Below are positions 33,538 through 46,800 of a stretch of 63,848 nucleotides of DNA, one piece after another. The position numbers and the translations under genes are program-made. This DNA is from Thecamonas trahens ATCC 50062 (taxonomy: Eukaryota > Protista > Apusomonadida). The stretch covers positions 482,644-546,491 of the forward strand of contig NW_013657668.1 of NCBI RefSeq assembly GCF_000142905.1. Direction: 5' to 3'. Numbering within the stretch: position 1 is the first letter of the stretch; each line of letters opens with the position of its first letter. The notes under the pieces are model-generated. The model had not been told where the DNA came from. It was given only the letters and a program-made list of their open reading frames with translations, and did not search any database.

Positions 33538-36500
33538 ATGACGACTCTTGCCACAGCGTCTATCTTCTCCAAACTCACGTGGTCATGGGTCTCCCCGCTC
33601 CTCGCCCTTGGTAGCCAGCGGGCGCTGACGCTCGACGACATGCCCGACCTCGACGAGGCCGACACCACCGAGCGATTGTCGGCTGATCTGGCCGAGGCAT
33701 GGGAGAGGCATCGCACGTCGGGTGGCAACTGGCGGCTGGCTCGGGCTCTGGCCGAAGCCTTTGGACCTTACTATCTCAAAGTCTCGTCTGCTGTGGCTGC
33801 AGAGTCGGCTGTTCGCCTCGTCCAGGTCATCTGTCTCACCGGCCTTGTCGAGTTTGTGGCCTCCGAATCGGCGAAGTCGGACTCGGTCTCCTCGCCTGTC
33901 GGCTGGCTCTGGGCTCTGGGCCTCTCGCTCTCAGTCATTGCTCATGGCGTTCTCCATCACGTCTACTTTTTCGGTGCAAACCGATGCGGGACCTGGTTCC
34001 GCACCTCGATCGCGTCGCTGATGTACGCCAAGGCGCTTCGCGTCCCGCAGTCGGCGCTTGCCGGCACCTCGACCGGCCGTATCGTCAACATCATTTCGTC
34101 CGATGCTGCCCGGCTGGAGCTCTTTGCCACCTACGCCATCTTTCTTGTTCTCGCCCCACTTGAGTGCATCGTCGCGCTCATCCTCATGTGGCGCGCCATC
34201 GGCCCGGCCTGCCTCGTCGGCTTTGCCACCCTCACCCTCCTCCTCCCGCTGCAGTGGTACTTTTCGCGCCGCATCGGCGCTCGCCGCTCCATCACCGCCA
34301 GCTTTACCGACGCTCGCCTCAAGCTCCTCACCGACGTGCTCAAGGGCATGCGCGTCATGAAGATGTACGCGTGGGAGGACTCGTTCGCCGGCCTCATCCG
34401 CTCCGAGCGCGCTCAGGAAATCCACTCGCACCGCGTCATGGGCCGGTTCATGGCCACCAACCTCGCGTCGTTCACTGTATTTGCCGTTCTCACCATGCTC
34501 ACCACCATGACCACCCTCTACTTTCAGGGTCGCACCCTCACCCCGGCCTCCGTCTTCACCACGCTCGCTCTCTTCAACATGGTCCGCCTCTCTTTCACCC
34601 TCTTTATCCCCTTTGCCGCTATGACCGGCGCAGAGTCGCGCGTCACCCTCCGCCGCGTCGAAGCCTTTCTTGACCTGCCCGAGTTTGCCGTGCCGCACCT
34701 GCTGTCGTCGTCTCCGGCGACCACCGGCGACCTCTCGCCGTCCGCCCCGTACCTCGCTCTCTCGCCGACCGCGGCCTTTTCCTGGCACCCGGCCACGGCA
34801 GCTGGTTCCGCTGATACCTCGGACGGCCTGCCCTCGGCCTCGCGTCGGTTTCAGCTCTCACACATTCCGCTCACGCTTGTGCCCGACACCCTCACCGTCG
34901 TCATCGGCTCGGTCGGCGCCGGAAAGTCGTCGCTCCTCGCTGCGCTCCTCGGCGAGATGGCGCCGCTCCCGGCCGCACCGCGGCTTCCAGCCTGGACGGC
35001 TGGCCTCCGCCTCGGCTATGTTGCCCAGGAAGCGTTCATTCTCTCCGCCACCATCCGTGACAACATCACCTTTGGCACACCCTACGACGACGCTTGGTAC
35101 GCCACCGTTGTCGAAGCCGCAGCCCTCGTCCCAGACTTTGCGCTCTGGCCCGCTGGCGACCTCACCTTTATCGGCGAGCGCGGCGTCAATCTCTCCGGCG
35201 GGCAAAAGGCCCGCGTCTCGCTCGCTCGTGCCCTCTACGCCGCGCCCGACGTCTACCTCCTCGACGATCCGCTGTCGGCAGTCGATCCCAAGGTCGGCGC
35301 CCACCTCTTCCGCCGTGCCATCCTCGGACTCGCTTTGGCGCCACCGCCGCACTGCCCGCGTCCGCTCTCTTCCCGCGCCCGTCGCCCAGCCATCCTCCTC
35401 GTCACCCATCAGCTCCACTACGCCGCCGACGCCGATAACGTCGTCCTCATGGTCGACGGCTCCATTGCCGCCCAGGGCTCGATGGACGCGCTGATGGCTT
35501 CGCGCCATGGCTCGCAGGTTGAACTCCTTGCCAACCACGTGAGCGCTGGCTTGGCTCGCGGAACGTCGGCCACGCTCTCGTCCGAGCTTGGACCGCCGCA
35601 GCCGAGTCAGGCCTACGTCAAGACCGCCGACGACAAGGCCGAGTCACTGGTCGCCGAGGAGCGGTCGGTCGGCTCCGTCTCCGCCGCCACCTACGGAAAG
35701 TACCTCTCGTCGATGGGCTCCGCCCCAGAGTCGGCTGGCGTCGTGGCCCTCTGCCTCATTGCCGAGGCCGCACTCGTTCTCCCCAACTACTGGCTCGTCG
35801 AGTGGTCTGAGGCGTCGGCATCAGACCAGCGTGCTCCTTCGTGGCTCTATGTCTACGCTCTCGTCGCCATCGCCGCCATGGTCCTCTCGTTCTCTCGCGC
35901 ACAGATCTCGTGGGCCGCCATGCTTACCGCCGCCGCCAAGCTCCACTCGGACATGCTCGACGCCGTCATGCGCTCACCCATGGCGTTCTTCGACGCTAAC
36001 CCGGTTGGCCGCATCCTCAATCGCTTCTCCGACGACCAGGGCGCCGTTGACTCGGTCCTCCCCTGGACTCTCTTCGACTTTATCCAGGTCTCGCTCATGT
36101 CCACCGCCGTCCTCATCATCACTGCAATCGTCGTTCCCTGGATTCTCATCCCGCTCCTCCCACTCGTCGCCTACTACGCCTACGTCCGCTCGCGCTACGT
36201 CAAGTCTTCCCGCGAGCTCAAGCGCCTCGACGCTGTCTCGAAATCACCAGTCTTTGCCCACTTTGCCTCGTCGCTGGACGGTCTCACCACCATCCGCGTC
36301 TTTGACGCCCAGCCCGTCTTTGCCGCCGGCTTCACCGGCAAGCTCAACGCCAACACCTCGACGTATCTCATGTTTCTCGCCACCTCGCGATGGCTCGGCT
36401 TTCGGCTCGACATGATGTCCGGGGTTTTTGTCACTCTCCTCGCTGTCCTCGTCGTCGTCACCGCTTCGTCCATCTCGCCAGGCTTCCTCGCCCTCGCCCT

Positions 36501-37797
36501 CGTCTACGCTCTTCAGCTCTCGGGCGCCTTTCAGTGGGCTGTGCGCCAGTCGTCGGTCGTCGAGAATCTCATGACTTCGGTCGAGCGTGAGCTCGCTTAC
36601 GCCCGCCTCCCGCCCGAAGCCGATCGCGAGACTCCTCCCACCCTCCGCCACACTCTGCCCAAGCCGTGGCCATCAGCCGGTGCCATTGCCTTCCGCGACC
36701 TCACGCTCCGCTACACACCGAACGCACCGCCGGTCCTCAACGGCCTCACAGCCTCCATCCCGCCGGGAAAGCTCGTCGGCATCGTCGGCCGTACGGGCGC
36801 CGGCAAGTCTTCGCTCCTCGCCGCCCTTTTCCGCCTCGCCGAGCCATCTCCCCGCACTTCCATCACCATCGACGGCGTTGTTACCGCAGACCTTGGTCTT
36901 GCACACCTTCGCGCAGCACTCGCCGTCGTCCCACAAGATCCTGTTCTATTTGCCGGCACTCTTCGCTCCAACATTGATCCGTTTGGCGCCTACCCTGACG
37001 CAGACCTCTGGCGTGTCCTCGAGCAGGTCCAGCTCAAGCATGTTGTCGAGCGCATGGTCGTCGACGAGCCGGCTGCCGCCTCGGGCCTCGACGTCACCAT
37101 CGCCGAGGCCGGCGCCAATCTCTCCGTCGGCCAGCGCCAGCTCGTCTGCCTCGCCCGCGCTCTCCTCAAAAACGCCCGCATCCTGGTTCTCGACGAGGCC
37201 TCGGCCAACATCGATCTCGAGTCTGACGCTATCCTCCAGTCCTCGCTCCGCGCCTCGCTCCGCACTCGCTCCACCACCGTTCTTGCTGTCGCCCATCGCC
37301 TCAACACCATCGTCGACTACGACCTCATCATGGTACTCGCCGACGGCCGCGTCGTGGAGTTTGACTCACCCGCCGCCCTGGTCGCAAACCCAGACTCTGT
37401 CTTTTCGTCCATGGTCGACGATACCGGCAAGCGCTCGGCCGAACGCCTCCGCGCCGCCATTTTTGCATCTGCCCCCGCTCCTTCCTCATCGACCACCTCC
37501 AAACCACTGGCCACCTTTGATCTCGCTCGCTCGGCAGAGTCCAGCTACACCTATGACGCCTACCCCGATCCCGAATCCTCGGGCTCGGACTCGACCTCGG
37601 CCTCGGGATCAGACTCGGGAGCCACATCGGACTCGCACCCCCACCCAAGGTCTGCCCAAAGCCTTGTCCCGACCTCTACCCTTGCGTCTACCACCCCTGC
37701 CACCTCGAACCTAGCGTCGTCTCTCTCAGCCTCTTCCCGTGACTCGGCGGTCACCACCTCGCTCTTCACTACCTCTGGTTCGCATTCAGACTACTGA
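33538..37797 (+). CDS. ABC transporter subfamily C (MRP4/ABCC4-like, full transporter)
   Basis: ASIFSKLTWSWVSPLL, KMYAWE, GSVGAGKSS, GERGVNLSGGQKAR, LLDDPLSAVD, NPVGRILNRFS, GRTGAGKSS, NLSVGQRQL, LDEASA. Confidence 0.96.
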   Translation: MTTLATASIFSKLTWSWVSPLLALGSQRALTLDDMPDLDEADTTERLSADLAEAWERHRTSGGNWRLARALAEAFGPYYLKVSSAVAAESAVRLVQVICLTGLVEFVASESAKSDSVSSPVGWLWALGLSLSVIAHGVLHHVYFFGANRCGTWFRTSIASLMYAKALRVPQSALAGTSTGRIVNIISSDAARLELFATYAIFLVLAPLECIVALILMWRAIGPACLVGFATLTLLLPLQWYFSRRIGARRSITASFTDARLKLLTDVLKGMRVMKMYAWEDSFAGLIRSERAQEIHSHRVMGRFMATNLASFTVFAVLTMLTTMTTLYFQGRTLTPASVFTTLALFNMVRLSFTLFIPFAAMTGAESRVTLRRVEAFLDLPEFAVPHLLSSSPATTGDLSPSAPYLALSPTAAFSWHPATAAGSADTSDGLPSASRRFQLSHIPLTLVPDTLTVVIGSVGAGKSSLLAALLGEMAPLPAAPRLPAWTAGLRLGYVAQEAFILSATIRDNITFGTPYDDAWYATVVEAAALVPDFALWPAGDLTFIGERGVNLSGGQKARVSLARALYAAPDVYLLDDPLSAVDPKVGAHLFRRAILGLALAPPPHCPRPLSSRARRPAILLVTHQLHYAADADNVVLMVDGSIAAQGSMDALMASRHGSQVELLANHVSAGLARGTSATLSSELGPPQPSQAYVKTADDKAESLVAEERSVGSVSAATYGKYLSSMGSAPESAGVVALCLIAEAALVLPNYWLVEWSEASASDQRAPSWLYVYALVAIAAMVLSFSRAQISWAAMLTAAAKLHSDMLDAVMRSPMAFFDANPVGRILNRFSDDQGAVDSVLPWTLFDFIQVSLMSTAVLIITAIVVPWILIPLLPLVAYYAYVRSRYVKSSRELKRLDAVSKSPVFAHFASSLDGLTTIRVFDAQPVFAAGFTGKLNANTSTYLMFLATSRWLGFRLDMMSGVFVTLLAVLVVVTASSISPGFLALALVYALQLSGAFQWAVRQSSVVENLMTSVERELAYARLPPEADRETPPTLRHTLPKPWPSAGAIAFRDLTLRYTPNAPPVLNGLTASIPPGKLVGIVGRTGAGKSSLLAALFRLAEPSPRTSITIDGVVTADLGLAHLRAALAVVPQDPVLFAGTLRSNIDPFGAYPDADLWRVLEQVQLKHVVERMVVDEPAAASGLDVTIAEAGANLSVGQRQLVCLARALLKNARILVLDEASANIDLESDAILQSSLRASLRTRSTTVLAVAHRLNTIVDYDLIMVLADGRVVEFDSPAALVANPDSVFSSMVDDTGKRSAERLRAAIFASAPAPSSSTTSKPLATFDLARSAESSYTYDAYPDPESSGSDSTSASGSDSGATSDSHPHPRSAQSLVPTSTLASTTPATSNLASSLSASSRDSAVTTSLFTTSGSHSDY

Positions 37798-37803
37798 CAA
37801 GCT

Positions 37804-40800
37804 TTACGTCGAGCTAGCGGACGCACCCGAGATGCGAGAGCTACCCGAGCCACTCAACCTGCTCGAGCTGTTCCATCGACCGTCGGCATCGGCGGTGGTC
37901 CCGGTCGCGGTCGCGGTTCCGGTCCCGGTCGTCGTCCCCCCACCGGTCTCCAACCCGCTGCTGCTGCCGGACGCAGCGCTCCCGGCATCATTGTCTCGAC
38001 GCATCTCCATGAGAACCGCCCCGACGCCCACAGCGCCAGCACGGATGATGTCATCGTCGTACTCCGAGTATGTGAGATCCGCCATGGCAACGGCCTTTTT
38101 GATGGCTACTGCGCCCGCCGCAGACTGCGCCTCGGCCCGGTTCGCCGCCACGCTCACCCCATCGAGCCGACAGATCCACCATACAACCCGCGGCAGCTTG
38201 TGGCGCATCTTGCGAAGCTTCTGTCGCGCCGCAACCGCGAGCATGTACCCGGTTGAGCCGAGAAGGAGCAGAACAAGGAAGATCGTGAGGACCGAGTGGA
38301 ACGGTGAGTTGACTACCACGGTGTCAGACCCTCCAAGCTCGTCGGCGTAGTAAAGCTGCGAGGCCATGAGGATGACAAAGGTGACGACGAGCGAGAGCAT
38401 CTCCATCGAGGTCAAAATCGAAAACGCAAACGGCGAGGCCTTCATGTGGACAAACAGCGCCAGCGCCACCACCCACACCGCCGCATACACCTGCGCCACA
38501 GGATTAGTCTTGAGCAAGACCTTGATGGTGATGATGGCAGACTTGCGCACAAGAATGACCATCTCCCAGTAGTACCGGTTCGGCAGAAATCCGGAGACCA
38601 GGAACGCGTACCGCCGCCGGCCCTCGGCCGTGTGCAGAACCTCACGCTGTCGCCAGAGGAGAAACACACCGCCAACCGGCACGCCCACCACGTACACCAC
38701 AAAGAAAACGCCTGCGGCAATCATCCACCGCACATGCGACGCCGTGTAGCACGCAAGCGACATGTCGGCAGCAAGATACGCCACACCGTCGATATTGCGG
38801 CAGGCAAAGACCTCCAGCACCGTGGACGTCACTGAGGGGTGGGTGAAGAAAATAAGCACTAGGACAGAGACCCAGATCCGCCGCGAGAACACTTTCCACC
38901 GCTTGGTCTTCAGTGAGCCAACACACTTGCGGACGTAGTAGTTGCCACAGAGGAGCGCGGTCGGGACCGTAACCACAAACAGAGGCACAAGCATGGCCAC
39001 CAGGACCGAGTCAAAGAAGCTCCACCCAAACGCGCACTGGATCGAGAAGAACCGTGTCGAGAATCCGTTCGACGACGACGCCATGCCAAACAGCACCCGT
39101 AGCGTGTTTGGCCATCGCGTTCGAAAGTCGCCCAAAAACGCCACTGTCTGCAGAAAGTTGATCATGATCTTGAACACCGCCGCAGAGATCGACTTTTGCG
39201 ACTTCCACGAGAGCAGTGCAGACTTGATGAGGAAGAGGATAAAGCCGATAAAGACAATGGCAATCGCCACAAGAATCGCCATGTTCTCCATCACACTCGG
39301 ACATCGCAGGCAGTTGTCACCAAACTTGGCATAACTGTCACGGCACACTCCGCAAAGCGGACCAGTGTACTCGGCCGCACACGCCTCCGATGCCCCACCC
39401 ACGCACGCATCCACCTCGTCGCACTCGAGAATCACATCGTTTTGCGACCGCGACGCCCGCCAGAAGCCAGCCAGTGGCACAATCGCGCCCGACGTACAGT
39501 TACCGCCACGCACACAACGCCGACACACACAGTCGGCACATCCAGCAGGCTCGCTCGACGGCAGGTACCACCCATCGCCGCAATGGCAGTCTGACCGCGC
39601 TCCGCGCGCCCCAGCAGTCGTGAACTTGTTGATCGGGCACTCGAGGCACCCGCCGTCGCCGACAAAGTCCTTGTACCCGCGGCTTGAGCACGGCTGGCAC
39701 TTGACTTCGCCCGCCACACTCGCAACCTCGTACCCGAGCCCGCACTGGCAGTCAACTCGATTGTCCATGGCCACAGAGTAGTTGCGCGACTCGCCGCAGC
39801 TCATGACTCGCACACCGCTCACCACCAGCGGCGCAAAGCCGGCAGCCGTCGTAAACTCGAATCGGTAACTCTCGTTGCGGAGGCCCACAAATGAAAAGTC
39901 GTAAAACGTGGCCACGCCATCGGCCTCGGTCGTCGCACTCGTTCCCGTCGTGAGCGTCACCAGCTCGCTGTCGGCCTCTCGCACGACTTGCAGCATGATC
40001 GGGACCTGCACTGATGCGTCATTGACCACAATTGCCCCACTTGCATCGCCAACACCGATCGCAGGCTGCAGCAAAGCCTCCAGTGCACCGGCATTGTCGT
40101 ACGCACTCGGAAGCGGGCGGACAAGCACAAGCTGCACAGGCGTCGAAAAGTAGGTAAACATCAGCGGCGGCGCATAGTTGAACCCGTCGTTGGTGACAGA
40201 GAGCGTTACAGCCCGCGTCGTCGGGAACGCAGGCAGCGTAAACTGGAGAATGGACTCGGAGACAAAGGTGATGCTGCTCCGTCTGAGGTCGACCAGCCCG
40301 CCTGCCCGCGATGCCGCTCGGTCAACCACACTGCGGCTCGCCGCCACGCTCTCAAACTTGATGCCAAGTGCCGGCGAGTCCAGAAAGACAAACGGAGGCG
40401 AGGCAAAGATGTACACGTTGGTACCACCGGCCTGCGGACCAGACTGCGGCACCGAGTCGAGAAGCGCCGGAATGTCGACGTAGAAGAACGTGACGCTTGT
40501 CTCAACGCTTGTCACCCCGTTGACTGTCACCTGTACCACCTGCGATGTGCCCGTGTTCGGCCCGAGCGGCATGGTGCATCCCGTGAGGATACCGTAGCTG
40601 TTGTCCAGCCCAGCCGAGCTCACTGCGCACGGATACCCGCCAATAGAGACACTCAGCCCGGTGCCGGCCAGCCCGGTCCCAGTCAACGTCACCGCAGTCC
40701 CGGTTGGCCCCAGTTTCGGACTAATCGAGACCAGGCCCGGCAGGATGGTCAGCGCCCCGCTCGCAGCCTCGCCGCCGCTGGTCACTCTCGCACTCACCAC

Positions 40801-43800
40801 ACGCCCAGATGCAAACGAAAGCGCTGGAACCACGCAGCCGGAGATACGGGTAAAAGTGACAACCACGCTCGAGTTGCAGCTGAGCCCGTCGAGGTCGACG
40901 ACCGCATCCGGACCAAACCCGATGCCCACAATGTCGACAGCCGTGCCGGCCGCCGCACTGCTGGGCATCACGCTCGTCACCGCGGGCACGTACTTGAACG
41001 ACACGTCCGCTGCCGGCCCGTCAACCACCGCCGCTACGTTGCCGACCACCGCCGAGACCGCAGCCACGCTCCCGGATCCAGCGCTTGGCGCCACGCACCC
41101 AAGCAAGACCGTGGCACCAGATTGCGCCACACCCGCGCCCGAGCACAGCAGGCCGCCGAGCGAGATCGAGTTGAGCGGCAGACCAGTGCCAAAGTAGCCG
41201 ATAATGCTCACCGCCGTGCCGACCGGGCCCGAGGTCGGCGCAATTCGCGAAATCGTCGCCGCGTATACAAACGAGACGCTACCGGTGGCAGAGCTCAAGC
41301 CGTCGAGCGTCACTCGGACGTCGGCAACCGTTCCCACCACCGCAGACGGTACGCTGCATCCGGTGACCGCAAAGAGCCCCGCTCCTGCTGCGCTCACGCT
41401 CGCTGGCCCGCCGCTCGCTGCCACTGCACCAAACACAATGTCACCACACGTGATGCCACCCAGCGAAGCGCCCACGAGCGTAAACGCCTGTCCGGTCATC
41501 CCGGCTGCAGGGGTCACAGACACCACCATCGGTTCGTACGTGAAAGTAACTCCTGCACCTGTACCCGAGGTCACAGCGTTAAACGCCACTGCGACTGCGC
41601 CGACGCGTGTGCTGGTTAGCCCTTGCGGGACGGCACAGCCTGCGAGCAGCGAACCGCTTGCTGCGGATGGTGTCCCGCTCGCCGCCACTCCGTCGATGAG
41701 AACCGAGGAGCAGTCTGCGCCAGCCAGCCCGCTGCCGGTCACATTGAATATCGTGTTCTGGTCGCCGGTGTCTGGCGACATGCTCACCAGCTGGGGAACT
41801 ACCGTAAAGCTCGGAACAACCGCTCCAGCCCGAGCTGCAGCGTCCAGCGATCCGGCCGACACGCTCACGCGGCCGACCGTTCCTACGCCAAGGCTCATCG
41901 GCACGGTACATCCGTCCAAGCGAGTCCCGCCCACAAGAACGGACGGACTTCCGCTCGCAGGTACGCCGTCAACGGTGACCGCGGCACACGAGGCAACGTT
42001 ATGAAAGCCGCTGCCGGTGACCATGATGGCAGCACCAGGCGGGCCGGAGCTCGGGCTCACCGCCACCACATCCGAGTAGACGTCGAGCGTGAGGTTGGCT
42101 GGCGCAGCAAGCGAGTCGAGCGTGAGCGTGAGCTCCAGACCTGCTTCCGCAGCCAGGCCGGGTGCCACTGTGCACCCACGAATCTCGTCGTTCGGCGAGC
42201 CGCGGACCACGGTGGCGGTCCCGGCAAGCGCCTCGCCACGGACATGCAAATCAGCGCAGGTTGCGCCTAGAAAGCCGGTTCCGGTCACCGTCACCACCGA
42301 GCCGGCGACGACGCCGGTCGGTGCCACGGCGCCCAGCGTCGGCACTGCGCGCAATGTAGTGAACGCCGCCGCAAAGTTGGTCTCCAGCGGAATGCCCGCC
42401 GAGTTGACAGCCGTTGTCGCATCGAGGGCAATGTCAATGACCTCAAGGTTCGGCAGTACAGTAGCAGGCACAAACGTAGCCGATACGTTGGCGAGTGAGG
42501 CCCAGGTGAGCGTGCCAGGAAGAGTCACCCGCGGCCCACCACCCGACGGCAGGTATGAGACCAAGAGCGCAGCCGCAACCGAGCTTGTCTCCATCGCTTC
42601 GTTGAACGCGAGTGTGATCGCAGTGGTGGGATGGACCAGCTCGGCCGTGTCTGGCGGTGCCACGCTCGTCACTCGTGGCGCGGTCACGTCAAGCGTGATA
42701 AAGCAGACGTCGACCGGCGGCGAGCCCAGGAGCCGATTGAGCGACACGTCGGTTGCCTCGCCGGTCACTTGCAAGCAGTGTCGCGTTAGATTGCGCAGTC
42801 CGTGGTCGCCACCTGGTGTGTAGGTGAGCACTCGGTTGACGTCTGACCACACAAAGGTACCCGACGCCGAAGCCGGCTCGAGCTCCTCGATCACTGCGGC
42901 ACCGCTCCAGGCCGTGAGGTTGAACGCAGCCTCGGTTGTCGCCGTGCTCATCGGCTCGGAGAAAACATGCTGATGGGCGCGGAGGCACTCACACCAATGG
43001 TGCCGTCGGCCAGCGAGACCGAGACAACGGTGGGAGGCGTGAGATCGACCGTGCGGAAGGTGGCAACAGCAGTGGCAGCGAGCGAGTTGAGCACCACGTC
43101 CTTGGCCGTCCCGCCCGCCACCGTCGTCCGGTAAGAGGCGTCGTCGGAGAGCGGCGCATCTGGCACCCATGTGAGCCGCGTGAGATCGCTTGACCAAGCG
43201 CTGGAGCCGCTGATGGGCACAAACGATGAACCGTCGATTCGCGCCACCGTCAGCGCCGAGTCGGCCGACGCCACGTCCATGCGCTCCGAGAAGACAATAC
43301 TGACGTTTGCGGTGACCGGGATTGAAATGGCGGCGTCGGCTGGAGTCATCGAAATCACGGTCGGCGCGGTAATGTCCTGCGTCTCCCATGTAAAGACCAG
43401 GTCGGGACCAGGCGCCATGGCGTTGCCGATAGCATCGGTGAGTGCAGCTCGCACGAAAACCAGCCGACACAGAGTCTCGTTGACCAGCGGCCTGCCTGCG
43501 GCCGGGCGGATGCCTAACCGCGCACCACCGAGCGAAAAGGCAGCGATGTGCGGCAGAGGGGTCCACGGCCCATCACCCCCCACATCGCGACAGGCAAGCG
43601 TGGCGGCATCGCTCGCGGAGCTCACGTTGAGAGCCTCGTCAAAGGTGACGACGAGCAGAGTCGTGACCGCAACGTTTGCAGAAGCGTTGGCTGGGGCGAC
43701 GCTGACAACGACGGGGCCGTCGATGTCCTCGGTGGTAAACTGGAAGAACGACGGCGCGAGCGAGTTGCCCGAAACATCGTGGGCGCCTGCCGAGACAGCA

Positions 43801-46800
43801 ACATAGTGGGTAGTCTTCTGGGCAAGAAGCGCCGAGGGCGTAAAGGTAACGACCGAGTTGTTTCCGGTCCAGGCAAAGGAGCCCGGAACGACACGTGCAT
43901 CCGCGTCGGAGAGCGAGAAGGCGGGCGGGAACGTGGTGGTGTTCATCGGCTCGTTAAAGGCGAGCGTGACCACGGTGGAAGAGATGGAGAGCGGGCCGGC
44001 GTCGTCGACTGGCAGGTGCCACTGCATGACTGGTGGGATGTTGTCGATGGTGTGGAAGGAGGAGGCCCAGGTCGGCGAGAGAGGGTACGACGACTCGTCT
44101 TGGGCGTCAGCTGAGATGGTGATGGTGTAGTCGCGGTCGGCGACCAAACCCGATGGAGTCCACTGGAGGACCGAGAGCGAGAGCCAAAAGGCCGAGCCGG
44201 AGACCGGAGTCACGCCGTCGAGCTTGACAGAGACCGCGTTCTCGGTCTTTGAGAGCGACATGGGCTCGGAGAAGGTGATCAGGATCGAGGCCGCGAGCGA
44301 GACTGCTGGTGCACCGTTCGGCGGAGACATGTTGATGACCGATGGCGGTCCGTTGTCGACGGTGAAAAAGTGCGAGGCAAAGGGGGCAGCCATAAAGTTG
44401 CCTGAAACGTCGCGGATGGTGGTCAAGAGGCTGATGTCGTAGCGATGCGCAAAGGTGAGGTTCGACGTGGGGGTGAGGGCCACGCGGGTGTTGCCGGCGG
44501 ACCAAGTGAGATAGCCGCCGACGCCGACGCTGGCCTCGTCCTCGACAATGAGGCTGCTGCCGAGAGTGACCGAGCTCGGGTCGATGGCCTCGTTGAACGC
44601 GATCTCAATGTCGTCACCGACCGGCACCCCCTGCTTAGCCCGGGTAGGGATGGTGAACGAGACCTGCGGCGGAGTGAGGTCGATGGTCTTGAAAGCAAAC
44701 GAGCCGACGTTGGCAAAGGCAAGGCCACCAGTGGCGTCGCGGGCGTGGGTCGAGACGGTGACAACAAACGAGGTCTTCTCGGCGAGCGGCTGTGCAGGGT
44801 CAAACACGACAAGCCGCGGGGTGATCCAGGTGAAAGAACCCGGGAACGAAGCCACGATGCCGGCAGAGAGCGAAAAGGCGGCCTCGACACTCGAGGCGTT
44901 CATAGGCTCAGAAAAGACGACGGTGACGTTGGACTCGACCGCGACGTCCACAGCGTTGGCCAGTGGGATGGTGGCGTCGATGAACGGGCGGGTGACGTCT
45001 TGGCAGGTTGGCGGCAGGAGCGACCAGACTGGGCCAGGCTGGCAAGTCCGCGACGCGTCGCCGATAAGCGAGTAGTACTGGTTGCAGCCGTAGTGGCAGA
45101 CGCTGGGGAAGGTGGTGTTGGTGCAGCCGTCGACAAGATAGCCAGCGACCGGCGGGATGAGCGGCCCACAGTCCTGGGCCACGCACACCGGATGACTGCC
45201 TGTCCAGTTGCCGGTCACCAGGCACGTTCGCGACGTTGCGCCGATAATGTCATAGCCCGAGTTGCAGGAGAACGACGCACAGATGCGGTCGACTTCAGGA
45301 ACACAACCGGTCGGCGGCTGGAGGTCGCCGTTGGCCGGCGCGGCGAGCGCAGGGCACCAGTTGGGGAGCGGCTTACAAACCGGAGTCGGCGCGGACCAGT
45401 TACCTGCGGTGGCCGAGCCTTGGAGACACGAGAGCGTTGGCGAACCAACCAGATAGTACCCGGTGTTGCAGCCAAAGACGCCACACTGACCGGCGATGGA
45501 GCGGTTGCAGGCGCCAAGCGTACCGTGGGGGTCGGCCTCGAGGTCGGGGCAGTACTCGGTGGAGATGGCGCAGATGGCCGGCGTTGACGACCACGAGCCC
45601 GAGGCCAGGCAGGTGCGGGTGATGTCGCCAACAAGGATGAAGCCGTCGTCGCAGTCGTAGGAGCAGACGTCACGGTAGGTACGCGACGGGCAGCTGAGGA
45701 GCCTGCCGTTGACCGGGGCAACGAGCTGCTCGCACTCGATGTTGGTGCAGCGTGAGGCGTTTCCGGACCACAGGCCGACGGTCTCGTTGAAAGCAGTGCA
45801 TGTACGCGAGGTCGGGCCGTCGAGCTCGTAGCCGACGTCGCAGTAAAAGACACCGCAGGTGTCGTCGACGCGATGGCCGCACTCGTTGAGGTTGCCAAAT
45901 TGCGGCGGAGGCAGCGGCGTGCAGTATCCGTCGCGCGGCGTGCAGTCGACTAGCGAGGCATTGCTCCACACGCCCAAAGCGCGGCTTGCGCCTTGGACGC
46001 ATGCCGTGGACTGGACGCCGAGCGAGTGGTAGCCATCACGGCAAGTCATGTCGAGGACCTGGCCGAGGCGGCGCGAGAAGGAGGCAAAGGTGCCGCCTTC
46101 GGCAGGAGCCAGGTAGGGGCAAAACGACTCGTCGACGGGGCAGACAATGTCTTGCGACCACTTGCCATGGGTAGCATTGTGTGCCTTGCATGTGACGTTG
46201 ACGACGTAGTCGTCGACGGCAAAGCCGATCTGTTTGCGGCCGACATCGCATTGGAATGGGCCGCAGCTGCCGCCGATGGAGGTGGTGCAGGCTCCACCAA
46301 AGGTGCCGCCGTCCGGGGTGGCTAGCAGCGGACAGTAGTCAGCAATGAGGGCGGAGCAGTCGGCGCCGTCGTATCCAATGTCGCAGGCGCAGGTGTTTGG
46401 CGCGACGCATGCGCCGTGCTCAATTGAGCAGGCCGGCGCGTTGCAGATGGGATCACACTCGTCGAGCGCGAGGACAGAAATGCCATGCACGGCCGAGTTG
46501 GGGCAGGCAGCGACTTGGAGCGAGACTTCGATGTGACCGAGGGCAGCGGCGACAAACTCAACGTATGGCGCGCCGGTGAGCGCCGAAGTGACTGTTGCCG
46601 GGCCGGTGACAGTCCAGGCATACGAGGACGAAGCGACGTTGGTGCTCACGCGGAGCGACATGGTGATGCAAGCGGTGGTGTTGAGCGTGGCGCCGTCAAA
46701 GGACGAGGCGCCGTCGACGACAATGGCGGTGGCGAGCGGGCCGACCACCAGCTCGCTCGGGTAATGGAAAGAGCCGAGGTTGATGTCGTAGACGGCCTCG

